DNA of 56,772 nt from a virus (taxonomy: Duplodnaviria; Caudoviricetes): positions 1 through 56,772 of the IMG/VR virus record IMGVR_UViG_3300018432_000006. One strand, 5' to 3'. A model generated the notes under the pieces. It was not told where the DNA came from. It was given only the letters and a program-made list of their open reading frames with translations, and did not search any database. Shown piece after piece: positions 44,682 to 54,481 of the stretch; position 1 is the stretch's first letter, and every line of letters starts with the position of its first letter. A program made the translations under genes and the position numbers.

Positions 44682-45458
44682 ATGCCACAGCAGTGTTTCA
44701 AGCCCTTCCGGGCACAGTCTCTGCGTGTCACCGAACTCGACGACTGCTGCACGCCCCCGCCCCCGGAGGACTCCCCGGAGTCGCCCGCCGGCCTCCCGTG
44801 CAGCATCGCCGTGACGGACTCGTTCACGCTGGTCAGCGCCGAAGCCCAGGTCGACGAGGGTGAATCGATCCTCGAACGGAAGGCGAACGGCGACATCTGC
44901 ATCAACGAGCGGGACCCGTCCGTTCTGGAAGGGTTCAACGTCTCGATCACGCTGTGCCAGGTGGACCCGTGGTTCATCAGCAAGCTGACCGGGTGGCCCA
45001 TCGTCATGGACCAGGCGTGCAACGCCGTCGGTATCGACGTCATGGACGGCATCAACACGAACCAGGTGGCGCTGGAGATGTGGACCGGCGTGGCCGGCAT
45101 CGACTGCGGCGCCGGCGCCCGGTACGGGTACGCGCTGTTCCCGTGCATCGAGAACTGGCAGCTGGACGGAGAGATCGAGTGGGGTGGGTCGGACACCATC
45201 TGGTCGATCACCCTGGCCGGTTTCGCGAAGGGTGCTCACGCGTGGGGCCGTGGGCCGTACAACGACGTTCAGCAGAGCGTCGACGGGCGGCTGGTCGACC
45301 CGATGCGGCCCGGGGCCATCATGCGGAAGATGGCCACCGACGTCCCGCCGCCGTCGTACATCTCGACGTGTCAGGACTGCCTGCCGCCGACGGCGGAGTA
45401 CGGGTACGTCGGGCTGTCGGACATCTCGCTGCCTGACCCCTGCCTCGTGCCGGCGTGA
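44682..45458 (+). CDS. Major tail (tube) protein
   Basis: R.T.LD.C, KANGDIC, LC.VDP, ALE.W.G, YGY.LFP, WGRGPY. Confidence 0.82.
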   Translation: MPQQCFKPFRAQSLRVTELDDCCTPPPPEDSPESPAGLPCSIAVTDSFTLVSAEAQVDEGESILERKANGDICINERDPSVLEGFNVSITLCQVDPWFISKLTGWPIVMDQACNAVGIDVMDGINTNQVALEMWTGVAGIDCGAGARYGYALFPCIENWQLDGEIEWGGSDTIWSITLAGFAKGAHAWGRGPYNDVQQSVDGRLVDPMRPGAIMRKMATDVPPPSYISTCQDCLPPTAEYGYVGLSDISLPDPCLVPA

Positions 45459-45537
45459 CGGTTGCGTCTGATCGTGGTGCGGCCCCTGGACAGCCTTCCC
45501 GGGGGTCGCACCACTCACGTCGAGGGAGGTGCGCGCA

Positions 45538-46428
45538 TTGAGTGAACCGTCACCGGGATCACCCGGAGATGACTCGCCAGGCCGGTTCGTGTCGTGTGAT
45601 GACGCGTGCTGGCCGGCGCCGTACGTGTGCGACGACTGCTGCAACCTCGACATCGAGGGCATGGAACCGGCGCTGGTGAGGATGGCGGAGCGGTGGGCCG
45701 CGAACTACCTGCACAGGGCAACAGGGAGGATCTACGGCGGATGCCCGCGGACCTACCGGCCGTGCCGCGAGAACTGCGCGCCGGCCGCGAACTGCTGCGG
45801 TGGGTACTCCGGCGCCGGCGTGACGCGCCCGTACCGGCTCGCGAACTCCCTCGACTGGGTGAACGTGTCCTGCGGGCGGTGCAAGAGCGGGTGCCAGTGC
45901 ACGGAGGTCAGCGAGGTCTACCTGCCCGGCGTGTCGCAGGTGCTCAACGTCCGGCTCGACGGCGTCGACTACGACCCGTGCGGGATGGTCGCGGTGTACG
46001 ACAGCGAGCGCATCGTACGGACCGACGGCGGGCGGTGGCCCATCTGCCAAGAGCTGGGGAAGATCGACGGCCCCGGGACGTGGTCCATCACCGTGCTGGA
46101 AGGGAAGTGCCCGCCCGACGGCGTCGAGCTGATCACGGGCATCCTGATGTGCGAGTTCCTGAAGGCGTGCATGCGGAAGGACGACTGCCGGCTGCCGCGT
46201 CGTATCCAGACGATCACCCGGCAGGGGGTGACCATCGGGTTCAACGACCGGTTCGAGAACCTGGTGAACCTCCGCACCGGCATCTGGGAAATCGACGCGT
46301 GGATCGAGCAGGCGCGCTACGTCGGCGCCGCTACGCCGTCGATCATCAGCCCGGAGCTGGTGCAGCAGACGGAACTCACCTGGCCGCGCCCGGGGAACGA
46401 CTGCATGGGTTCGGCGGGTTCCTGGTGA
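45538..46428 (+). CDS. Head-to-tail adaptor
   Basis: A...L..ATGR.YG.C....RPC, V.LDG, CRLP.R...ITRQGV, TGI.EID.WI. Confidence 0.78.
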   Translation: MSEPSPGSPGDDSPGRFVSCDDACWPAPYVCDDCCNLDIEGMEPALVRMAERWAANYLHRATGRIYGGCPRTYRPCRENCAPAANCCGGYSGAGVTRPYRLANSLDWVNVSCGRCKSGCQCTEVSEVYLPGVSQVLNVRLDGVDYDPCGMVAVYDSERIVRTDGGRWPICQELGKIDGPGTWSITVLEGKCPPDGVELITGILMCEFLKACMRKDDCRLPRRIQTITRQGVTIGFNDRFENLVNLRTGIWEIDAWIEQARYVGAATPSIISPELVQQTELTWPRPGNDCMGSAGSW

Positions 46429-46958
46429 GCGCCGCCCCGGTGGTCGGCGTGCTCGAACTGCTGTCGGATCTGCTGGAGATCATGACACACGACGAGTCGG
46501 AAGGCAGCGACGTCGACGCGTCGTGCGTGCTCGACCCGTTCTGCCGCGTCGCCGTGTACCCGGGGCCTGAAGTGCCGTTCGACTCGTGCGAGGTAGACGA
46601 CTGCACGGACGGTTCTGACGGGCAGCTCTACGCCGCCATCACGGGCCTCGCACCGCACCCGTCGAACACCGGCACCGGGTGCGACGCGTGGGTGTGGTCG
46701 GCGCAGGTGGGCGCCGTGCGCTGCATGGCGAAGCCCGGCGATGACATGGACTTCCCGTCGGTCGACGCGGTGCAGGCGGATGCCGCACGGCAGGCCGTCG
46801 ACGCTGACGGGATCTTCCGCGCAATCAGGTGCTGCGCGCCTAAGATTCAGCGCCTGAGGGACGCTGCTATGGTCGTGACGACTTGGACCCCCGTGGTGGG
46901 GGGCGGTTGTGGTGGCGGGTTCTGGACAATCACGGGGAGGTTCGATGTCTGCTGCTGA
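46425..46958 (+). CDS. Tail completion/terminator-like protein
   Basis: C...PG....D.C, GQL, G.VRC, AI.CC, GGCGGG.W. Confidence 0.65.
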   Translation: MSAAPVVGVLELLSDLLEIMTHDESEGSDVDASCVLDPFCRVAVYPGPEVPFDSCEVDDCTDGSDGQLYAAITGLAPHPSNTGTGCDAWVWSAQVGAVRCMAKPGDDMDFPSVDAVQADAARQAVDADGIFRAIRCCAPKIQRLRDAAMVVTTWTPVVGGGCGGGFWTITGRFDVCC

Positions 46959-47529
46959 TCGCATGGCCGTCCGTATGCCGGGCGGCGAAATCCGTTCGGT
47001 GCCGCGCCGTGTCGGGCTCGCGATGGTCGCCCGAAGCCAGGCGACGCACGCACCCGCGCAGAGCGCACCGAACCCCACCGCGAAGGGGCGCCGCCCCGTG
47101 AGCGCCGTGACCGTGGTGACGGCGGAGGCGCCGCAGCTTGACGGTGCGAAGCCTGACGCCGTCGTCGTCGACGAGCCGACAGCACCCGTCGTCGATCTCG
47201 CGGACCCGGAGCACGGTCCCGTGATCGACCCTGCGGAGGTCTTCGAGGAAGACGAGCCGACAGCGCCACCCGCCGTCCCGCTGGGCTACCCGGTGCGCCC
47301 GAAGGGCAACGCAGCCCGCGAAGTCTGGGCGGAGTATGCACGCGTGCAAGGCGTCGAGATCTTCGACGACATGGGCCGCAACGACATCCGCGACGCCGTC
47401 GACGCGAAGTTTGAATCTGACCGCATGTCCCGGCCTGCCCTTCAGGGTGGACGACCGGCAACACCGGAAGATGAGCCGGTGACCGAGGACATGGTCACCA
47501 GTGCCGATCCGGGCGAACGTACGGCGTAG
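46945..47529 (+). CDS. Hypothetical protein with small helical (HeH-like) domain
   Basis: GGGAGG RBS; PKGNA....W..YA...G.....M.R..I. Confidence 0.65.
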   Translation: MSAADRMAVRMPGGEIRSVPRRVGLAMVARSQATHAPAQSAPNPTAKGRRPVSAVTVVTAEAPQLDGAKPDAVVVDEPTAPVVDLADPEHGPVIDPAEVFEEDEPTAPPAVPLGYPVRPKGNAAREVWAEYARVQGVEIFDDMGRNDIRDAVDAKFESDRMSRPALQGGRPATPEDEPVTEDMVTSADPGERTA

Positions 47530-47908
47530 CGGTCCCACCACCGGCGATGCAGACGCGCGCCGCCAGATCCGCGAAGAGGTCGCCCGCGCTGTAGGCGAGG
47601 CGACCATTCGGCGTGTCCGGAAACGAATCCAGGACCACCCCGCCGGCGTCGAGGCGGCGAACGCGATGACGGTCGAGTCGGGCTACGGGCAGGCCACCAT
47701 CGTTTCCCAGCACGGAAACCCCGGGGTGATCCCGGCGTCTCGTGATGCGCAGGGGTTCTCGCGCTGGGGCAAGAGGTTCATGTGGTGGCCCGGTGCGCGC
47801 CACCCCGTCAGGTTCGTCCGCAACTACAAGGGCTTGCGGCCCTTGCTGGAAGCGGAGATGTCCCGTGTGTCGACGTCGGAAGTCGACGTCGACACCACCA
47901 TCCGATGA
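47501..47908 (+). CDS. Neck/tail-completion protein
   Basis: Lies before the chaperone; HG.P..I. Confidence 0.55.
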   Translation: MPIRANVRRSGPTTGDADARRQIREEVARAVGEATIRRVRKRIQDHPAGVEAANAMTVESGYGQATIVSQHGNPGVIPASRDAQGFSRWGKRFMWWPGARHPVRFVRNYKGLRPLLEAEMSRVSTSEVDVDTTIR

Positions 47909-47927
47909 TCACAGGAGGCTGAAACAC

Positions 47928-48374
47928 ATGGCGATCAGAGTCGATGCAAATGCACGCATGGAAGGCATGGGGGGGATGGAGGGTGCCACCGAAGAGGTGT
48001 GGCTGCCTGGTCCCGATGGCGAGCCCGACGGCGAAGGGCCGTACGACTTCGCCTACCCGCGCATGGGACGGCTGCTGAAGATGCAGCGCACCCTGCCGAA
48101 CCTGACCGACGTGCAGGCGGTCAAGGAATCGGGACGCGCTCAGACGGACTGGATGAAGAAGGGCTTCGGTCCGGAGGCGTGGGCGCACATCGTCGAACGC
48201 ATGGACGACGACGACGACATCCTCGATGACGAGCACATGCAGTGGCTGTTCATGGAACTTCAGAAGGCGAACACGGGGCGCCCTACTACATCTTCCAACG
48301 GTGCATCGCGGCAGCCGTGGAAGAAGCCGTCAACGGCCGCGCCATCGCGTCAGGAATCCGACTCGGAGAACTAG
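47928..48374 (+). CDS. Tail assembly chaperone (G-like)
   Basis: AGGAGG RBS; two genes upstream of TMP; ends ...TGRPT plus low-complexity tail. Confidence 0.8.
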   Translation: MAIRVDANARMEGMGGMEGATEEVWLPGPDGEPDGEGPYDFAYPRMGRLLKMQRTLPNLTDVQAVKESGRAQTDWMKKGFGPEAWAHIVERMDDDDDILDDEHMQWLFMELQKANTGRPTTSSNGASRQPWKKPSTAAPSRQESDSEN

Positions 48375-48571
48375 ACGGCCGCGAGCTATGCGACCTGATC
48401 TTCTTCTGGCTACTTGAAGGAAAGAACGAGGCCGAACAGATGAAAACGCGCGGCAAGTTCGAGATCCCCCCGAAGGGGTATCGAGGCGACACGGCTGGCA
48501 CGTCGTGGGACCCGAACGTCATGGCCGGCGAGTTCGGCAACGGCGAGGCGTTCAACGAGGGTGAGGTGTAG
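48281..48571 (+). CDS. Tail assembly chaperone frameshift extension (GT-like)
   Basis: -1 frame open from GGGGCGCCCTAC (48275-48286) to just before TMP. Confidence 0.65.
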   Translation, partial: PYYIFQRCIAAAVEEAVNGRAIASGIRLGELDGRELCDLIFFWLLEGKNEAEQMKTRGKFEIPPKGYRGDTAGTSWDPNVMAGEFGNGEAFNEGEV

Positions 48572-48573
48572 CC

Positions 48574-51138
48574 GTGGCCATCCGGGTTCCGGTGCTGCTG
48601 GACATCAGCGGTGACGCCGACATCGACATCGATAGGCCGATTCGTCAGGCCATCGATGGCGTCGACGTCAGCGGGGCGGGGCAACGTCTCGGCACCGACC
48701 TGGGCGATGGCATCGTGCGGGGCGCGGACGGCCGGCTGCGGGACGCTCGCGGCCGGTTCGCCGCGGCCGGTGAGGAATCCGGTCGTGGCTTCGGCAGCGG
48801 GTTCAGCAGCGGTCTCGGCAACACCCTGACCGACGCCATCACCCGTCAGGGGTCAGCGTTCCTCCGTCTCGGCTCCGTGGCGTCGGGTCTGGTGGGTGCG
48901 CTCGTGCCCATCGGGCCGTCGCTTGCCGGCGTCGCTGCGGGCGCGCTGGCGGTCGCTGGGGCCGTCGGGCAGGCGTCGGTAGCAGCCCTGGCCGCTGGTG
49001 GCGTGATGGCCTCCCTAGGGCAGGCACAGCTCGCTGTGTCGGTGGGTTCCCGGGGGGTCAGCGATGCCATCAGCGCGCAGTCGGCGGCGCAGCAGGAACT
49101 CGCGGCCACGGGCGAGATCTCGGCGGCGACGCAGGACAAGCTGACGGCGGCCATGGAAGGGCTCGCGCCGGCCGCGCGTCAGGTGGTCGGCGTCGTCGGT
49201 GAGCTGACGCCCGCGTGGTCCGCGTTCCAGAACTCCGTGCAGCAGGAACTCTTCGCCGGGCTCGCCGGCGAGCTGACGAACCTGTCCGGCTCGATCCTGC
49301 CCAGCCTGACGACGAACCTGACCGCGACCGCGGGCATCCTGAACACCGCGGCGGTCGCGTTCTCCCAGTTCATCGTGTCCGGTGGTGGCGCTGGCCAGAT
49401 CAGCAACATCATGGCCGGCCTCAACGACACGCTCGCGGCGTTCCTGCCCACGCTGGGCAGCGTCGGGCAGGGGCTGCTCAACCTGTTCGAGGGATCTATC
49501 GGCTCGTCGACGCAGCTCGCTGCCTCGATCTCGCGCGTGACTGCGGGGTTCGCGGGGTGGACGGAGGGTGTCGTGCAGTCGGGTGCGCTCGCTGACGCGC
49601 TCGACATGGCGCTATCGACCATGGGGACCCTAGTGGGCATCGTGACCAACCTGGGGTCGATCCTGATATCGGTGCTGAAGCCCGGCGTAGACGAGGGTGC
49701 GAACCTACTCGCGATCTTCGAGGGGGCCACGGCGCAGCTCGCGGCGTTCCTACAGACCGCGAGCGCGCAGGCCGGCCTACAGCAGTTCTACGACCTGATC
49801 ACGCAGGTAGGCGAGACCATCAGCATCCTGGGCGGCGTCGTCGGGCCGATCTTCACCGGCATCGCGTCGCTGCTGTCGGTGCTCATCCCGATCGTCACGC
49901 AGCTCCGTACCGCGCTCGAACCGGTGATCACGGCCCTTGCGGTGAACCTGTCCACCGCGGTGCAGGGCCTCGCCCCGGTTATCGGTGTCGTGCTCGGTGT
50001 GGTCGCATCGCTCATCGGGGTGCTCGCGCCGCTGGTGACCCTGATCCTGAACGCGCTGGGGCCGGCACTCGCGGAGATCGGGCGCCTGTTCTCCGCGAAC
50101 CTGGCGCCTGCGATCTCGGGGCTGTTCGCGCTGCTACAGCCGCTTATCGGGATCTTCCTCAACATCTTCGGTGCCCAGGTGGTCAATGCCATCACGCTCG
50201 TCGTCGACGTGTTGGGCGGGGTCTTCGACATTCTGGGCGGCCTCATCAACTTCCTGGTCGGCGTGTTTACCGGCGACTGGGAAAAGGCATGGGATGGCCT
50301 GGTTCAGGTGGCCGATGGCGTTGTCTCGATCCTGACCGGAATAGTGCAATTCCTGTGGCGCACGGTGCAGAACTACTTCAAGAACGGTGGTCAGCAGGTA
50401 CTTGCGGCGGTGCGGGATTGGTGGACTGGGATCACTACACAGTTCACCCAATTTCAGGCACGTGTCATTCAGGGCATTGCGAATTGGATCATCGGCCTTG
50501 TGCTGCGGTTCGTCAACCTGCGCAACCAGGTCATCGCGAATGTCCGTGGTCTGTGGTCCGTGGCGGGCAGCCTTTTCCGGCTAGGCGTGCGGACGGTGGG
50601 CGACTCGGTGCGCAACGGCCTCAGTGCCGTGCTGACCTATTTCCGGAACCTGCCGGGGCAGATCGGTCGGGCCATCGGGAACCTGGGGAGCCTGCTCTAC
50701 GACGCGGGGCAGAACGTGGTGCAGGGCCTCATTGACGGCATCTACAACATGATCGGGCGGCTCGCGTCGGCGGCGTCCTCGATGGCGGAGACGATCCGCG
50801 GGTACCTGCCGTTCTCGCCGGCGAAGGTCGGGCCGCTGTCGGGCGCGGGCAGCCCGGACAACTCGGGTCGGCAGATTGCGCAGATGGTCGCTGACGGCAT
50901 CCTCGCGAACGTTAACGCGCCGGCGAACGCCATGAGTCGAGCCCTAGCACCGCTCGTGGCGCCCGCTACGGCGGCTAGGACGGGCGCAGGCGGCGTCGGG
51001 GTAGACCGGGCGGGTGTGACCGTCAACCAGATCTTCAACGGGCCGACGACGTCCGGCGGCCGGCTGAACGAGATGACCTGGAACATCCGGTACGCGGTGC
51101 AGTCGCGTACCGAAGTCGTGGACGGGGTAGCGACATGA
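48574..51138 (+). CDS. Tape measure protein
   Basis: 854 aa, Ala/Gly/Leu-rich amphipathic repeats, FTGDW..AW, LPFSPAK.GPLSG. Confidence 0.93.
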   Translation: MAIRVPVLLDISGDADIDIDRPIRQAIDGVDVSGAGQRLGTDLGDGIVRGADGRLRDARGRFAAAGEESGRGFGSGFSSGLGNTLTDAITRQGSAFLRLGSVASGLVGALVPIGPSLAGVAAGALAVAGAVGQASVAALAAGGVMASLGQAQLAVSVGSRGVSDAISAQSAAQQELAATGEISAATQDKLTAAMEGLAPAARQVVGVVGELTPAWSAFQNSVQQELFAGLAGELTNLSGSILPSLTTNLTATAGILNTAAVAFSQFIVSGGGAGQISNIMAGLNDTLAAFLPTLGSVGQGLLNLFEGSIGSSTQLAASISRVTAGFAGWTEGVVQSGALADALDMALSTMGTLVGIVTNLGSILISVLKPGVDEGANLLAIFEGATAQLAAFLQTASAQAGLQQFYDLITQVGETISILGGVVGPIFTGIASLLSVLIPIVTQLRTALEPVITALAVNLSTAVQGLAPVIGVVLGVVASLIGVLAPLVTLILNALGPALAEIGRLFSANLAPAISGLFALLQPLIGIFLNIFGAQVVNAITLVVDVLGGVFDILGGLINFLVGVFTGDWEKAWDGLVQVADGVVSILTGIVQFLWRTVQNYFKNGGQQVLAAVRDWWTGITTQFTQFQARVIQGIANWIIGLVLRFVNLRNQVIANVRGLWSVAGSLFRLGVRTVGDSVRNGLSAVLTYFRNLPGQIGRAIGNLGSLLYDAGQNVVQGLIDGIYNMIGRLASAASSMAETIRGYLPFSPAKVGPLSGAGSPDNSGRQIAQMVADGILANVNAPANAMSRALAPLVAPATAARTGAGGVGVDRAGVTVNQIFNGPTTSGGRLNEMTWNIRYAVQSRTEVVDGVAT

Positions 51139-53225
51139 GCGGGAACGCTGGCGCGTGGGGCATCGCGATGTGGAAGGACGGGTACAGCACGGTAGACGCG
51201 CAGGAACAGGAACAGGGCATCAGTCTGGAAGGTGGCGACCCTGTCCTGCCGTACCTGCCGACTGATCCGGTGGGGACGCTGCTGGTCCCTCCGTTCGGGA
51301 TGGGCGTGCCGGCGGTGCGCTCCGGTGACGTCGCATTCGCGCAGCGGGACGGAGTCGTCCAGTTCGCGGACTACTACGAGCCGCGGCAGCTCACGTTCCA
51401 AGTGCTCGTGAAGAACGACGACTGCCCCGGGTGCTCGTCGTCCCCGGAGGTCCCCGGCGGGCTGATCCTCGACGGCGTCAGCAACGGACGCGCCTACACA
51501 CCTGACGCCGCCAGCCTGACGATCACCGGCGATCTCGACGTGCGCATACACCTGACCATGAACGACTGGACACCGGCAGCGTCGACAGCTCCGGTGGCGC
51601 AGTGGCTGACGGCCGGCTCTGATCAGCGCGGGTGGCTCGGGCGCGTCAACACCACGGGCACGCTGGGCCTGTTCTGGTCGACGGACGGCACGAACGCGGG
51701 CGTGCTGTCCGCGTCGTCGACAACGGTCGCTGGTGGCGTCGACGGGCAAGAGATGTGGCTGCGGTACACGCTCGACGTGGACAACGGCGCCGGCGGTCGC
51801 GACATCCGGTTCTACACCAGCACCAACGGCGTCGATTGGGTGCAGCTCGGAGCCACCGTCACGCAGGCCGGCGTGACGTCCGTGTTCAACTCGACGGCCG
51901 ACGTGACCGTGGGTTCGTACAACAACGGTGGCTCCGAACGACTCGCCGGCACTGTGTTCTCCGTCGAGATCCGCAACGGCATCAACGGCCCGATCATCGC
52001 CGACCCTGACTTTCAGCAGCCGCAGCGGTACACGTCGTTCCGTGACGACGTCGGCAACCCGTGGTTCGTGGTCGCCCCGGCGGTGCTTGAGGCGTACCAG
52101 GCGGAGCGGCGCAGCGCCCGTCAGAAGGTCGCGCGGCTCACGCAAGAGTGGTCGCGGAACTGCTCCGGCGCGACGCTCGTACTGTTCACGGACTGCCACA
52201 ACCCGGACGCGACGGACGAAGAGAAGATCTACAACGGCCCCTACCTGGTGCGGGGCCGGCCGCGTGTGGCTGACGTGGTGTGGGAGCGGTCGAACCGTGG
52301 CGTTGCACGCGTCACGCTGCGGTTCGACGCCACGGACGCACGCCTGGTGCTCGTCGACGCAGCCCCAGGGCAGCTCTGGGACAGCGACCGTGTGCAGACC
52401 ATCGACGCCGACGAACAGAACCTGGCACCGGATGCCGACCTGTCCGGGCTGACGATGACGCTCAACGGCGCCACCGTGCAGGACACACACCAGACTTCGG
52501 GCGGTCCGCTGGGCGGGGACGGTGGCCCGTACTTCAACCGGTTCATCGAGGTAGCGAACACCACGTCACCGATGACGATGGCTCTGGGGCCGACGGGCAC
52601 GGCCGCTATCCCGGTAAACCCTGGTGACGTCCTCAGCATTGCGTTCTGGGCGCGGAAGTCGCCGGGTGGTGGTCCGACGCCGCGCGCGGATTACACCTGG
52701 TACAACGCCGCTGGTGCGGTCATCACGGCGCACAACGGCACCGCGCAGGCAGCCACCGCGACATGGACCCGGTTCACGCAACCGGGCATCGTCGCGCCGG
52801 CGCTCGCGGAATTCGTGCAGGTGCGGCTCGCGTGGTCGGGTACGGCGCTGGTGGGTCAGAATCTCGGGCTCGCTCAGCCGTGGATCAACCGGGGTGCCGT
52901 GTCGACGTCGCCGGAAACGGTCGAGATCGTAGGCACGCTGTGTGCCTACCCGGTGATCTCGCTGTTCCCGAACCTGACGGCGCCCATCGTCGTCACGTAC
53001 GGAAATCATGAGTTCACGTACACGCAGAACGTGACCAGCGTCATCGACATCGACACGCGGTGGGGTCGAGCTTCGGACGGGTTCACTGACGTCACGGAGA
53101 ACGTGGAAGGGGACTTCACGTCCCCGCTCGAACCGGGCATCCATACCGTGACCGTGCAGACGGCGAACCCTGCCGACACGGGGTTCGTGAACATCGTCTG
53201 GGAAAACGCCGTGGTGGCCGGCTGA
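51135..53225 (+). CDS. Distal tail protein with LamG-like and CBM-like insertions
   Basis: Follows TMP; beta-rich ITGDLDVR...WLRYTLD...FYTS.DG..W and W..F....AP..A..V.V.L segments. Confidence 0.72.
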   Translation: MSGNAGAWGIAMWKDGYSTVDAQEQEQGISLEGGDPVLPYLPTDPVGTLLVPPFGMGVPAVRSGDVAFAQRDGVVQFADYYEPRQLTFQVLVKNDDCPGCSSSPEVPGGLILDGVSNGRAYTPDAASLTITGDLDVRIHLTMNDWTPAASTAPVAQWLTAGSDQRGWLGRVNTTGTLGLFWSTDGTNAGVLSASSTTVAGGVDGQEMWLRYTLDVDNGAGGRDIRFYTSTNGVDWVQLGATVTQAGVTSVFNSTADVTVGSYNNGGSERLAGTVFSVEIRNGINGPIIADPDFQQPQRYTSFRDDVGNPWFVVAPAVLEAYQAERRSARQKVARLTQEWSRNCSGATLVLFTDCHNPDATDEEKIYNGPYLVRGRPRVADVVWERSNRGVARVTLRFDATDARLVLVDAAPGQLWDSDRVQTIDADEQNLAPDADLSGLTMTLNGATVQDTHQTSGGPLGGDGGPYFNRFIEVANTTSPMTMALGPTGTAAIPVNPGDVLSIAFWARKSPGGGPTPRADYTWYNAAGAVITAHNGTAQAATATWTRFTQPGIVAPALAEFVQVRLAWSGTALVGQNLGLAQPWINRGAVSTSPETVEIVGTLCAYPVISLFPNLTAPIVVTYGNHEFTYTQNVTSVIDIDTRWGRASDGFTDVTENVEGDFTSPLEPGIHTVTVQTANPADTGFVNIVWENAVVAG

Positions 53226-54481
53226 TGGTCCAGGTATGCGAGTGTGCGCCGAACTGGCGGGTAGAGCTGACGGATCTGCTGACGGGTGAGATCACGCACT
53301 CCGTCGTGCCGGTGTCGTTCGACTTCGAGACGGCGCTCATGGAACCGGGGCGCGGAACGATCCGGTTCAACCGGTGGGGCAACCAGGTGGGCGACAGCTC
53401 GGGGTACATCTCCGCGACCGACATGATGCCGAAAACCACGGGCATTTTCTTCTCACGGACTGCCGGCGGGGCCGCGACGCCGGCTGACCCGGTGCCGATG
53501 TGGGGCGGGTACGTCGAGACTTTCCAGGGCAACTCCGATGGCACGGTCACGCTGGGGCTCGCGGAGATGCAGAAGTACCTCGACTACCGTCTGATCCGGT
53601 CCGACCTGGTGTTCACCGGGGATTCGCAGACGTCCATCGGGGCGAACCTGGTGCTGTACGCGCGCGGCGAGAACTTCGACGGCGGCAGCGTGGACCCGTC
53701 ACCGTCTCTGGGCATCCCGCTGGTGGGCGGGTTTGGCATCTCTGCGATCAACCGGGACCGGACCTACCTGGGCAATGACAGGCCCCTGATTGGTGACATG
53801 ATCCGGCAGCTCGTCGGTGTCGAGGACGGGCCCGTTTACGAGCTTCAGCACTTCCGCAACGCCGTGCCCATCCCGGGCCTGACGGAGAACTGGTGGAGTG
53901 AGATGGGGTTCTTCGACGAGATTGCGCAGCCGTCGCCCGCGAAGTTCGTTCACTGGGATCACCTGTCCGACTTCACGATCAACGTCGACGGCAACGCGAT
54001 GGCCAACCAGGTCGATGCGTTCGGTGACCCGAACGCCGACGGAACGCCCCGCATTGCGACAGCGAACAGCGGTCTCTCGTTCGAGCCCCGGTATGACGCG
54101 GCACCGTCGTTCCAGGGGGTCACGAACCTGATCACGCTGGGGCAGCACGCCGTCGGCTACCAGAGCGACCACATGTTTGCTGCGCTGAATCTCCAGCTCA
54201 ACTTCGTTGGGCTGGAGTACGGCACGCACGCCGGCTCCCCCACGCTGAACATTGGTGACCTGGTCCCGGGCCGGCAGCTCAACGTCGACGTCGATTCCCC
54301 GAACTGGAAGTTCGAGGGGGGGCCGGATATGCCGGACTCCGGCACGCACATCCCCAGCATCGGGCGGGTGTCGGTGTCCGTGGGGCAGGAAGGCGCCGAA
54401 CAGGTGACGGCGCAGGTCATCCTCGACAGCTTCCCCGGCAACATGCTGTCTGCGGCGCCTAGCGGTTGCGTGGACTGCTGA
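53225..54481 (+). CDS. Minor tail (baseplate hub) protein
   Basis: DLLTGE, P.WGG.V, YLD.R; position after Dit. Confidence 0.72.
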   Translation: MVQVCECAPNWRVELTDLLTGEITHSVVPVSFDFETALMEPGRGTIRFNRWGNQVGDSSGYISATDMMPKTTGIFFSRTAGGAATPADPVPMWGGYVETFQGNSDGTVTLGLAEMQKYLDYRLIRSDLVFTGDSQTSIGANLVLYARGENFDGGSVDPSPSLGIPLVGGFGISAINRDRTYLGNDRPLIGDMIRQLVGVEDGPVYELQHFRNAVPIPGLTENWWSEMGFFDEIAQPSPAKFVHWDHLSDFTINVDGNAMANQVDAFGDPNADGTPRIATANSGLSFEPRYDAAPSFQGVTNLITLGQHAVGYQSDHMFAALNLQLNFVGLEYGTHAGSPTLNIGDLVPGRQLNVDVDSPNWKFEGGPDMPDSGTHIPSIGRVSVSVGQEGAEQVTAQVILDSFPGNMLSAAPSGCVDC

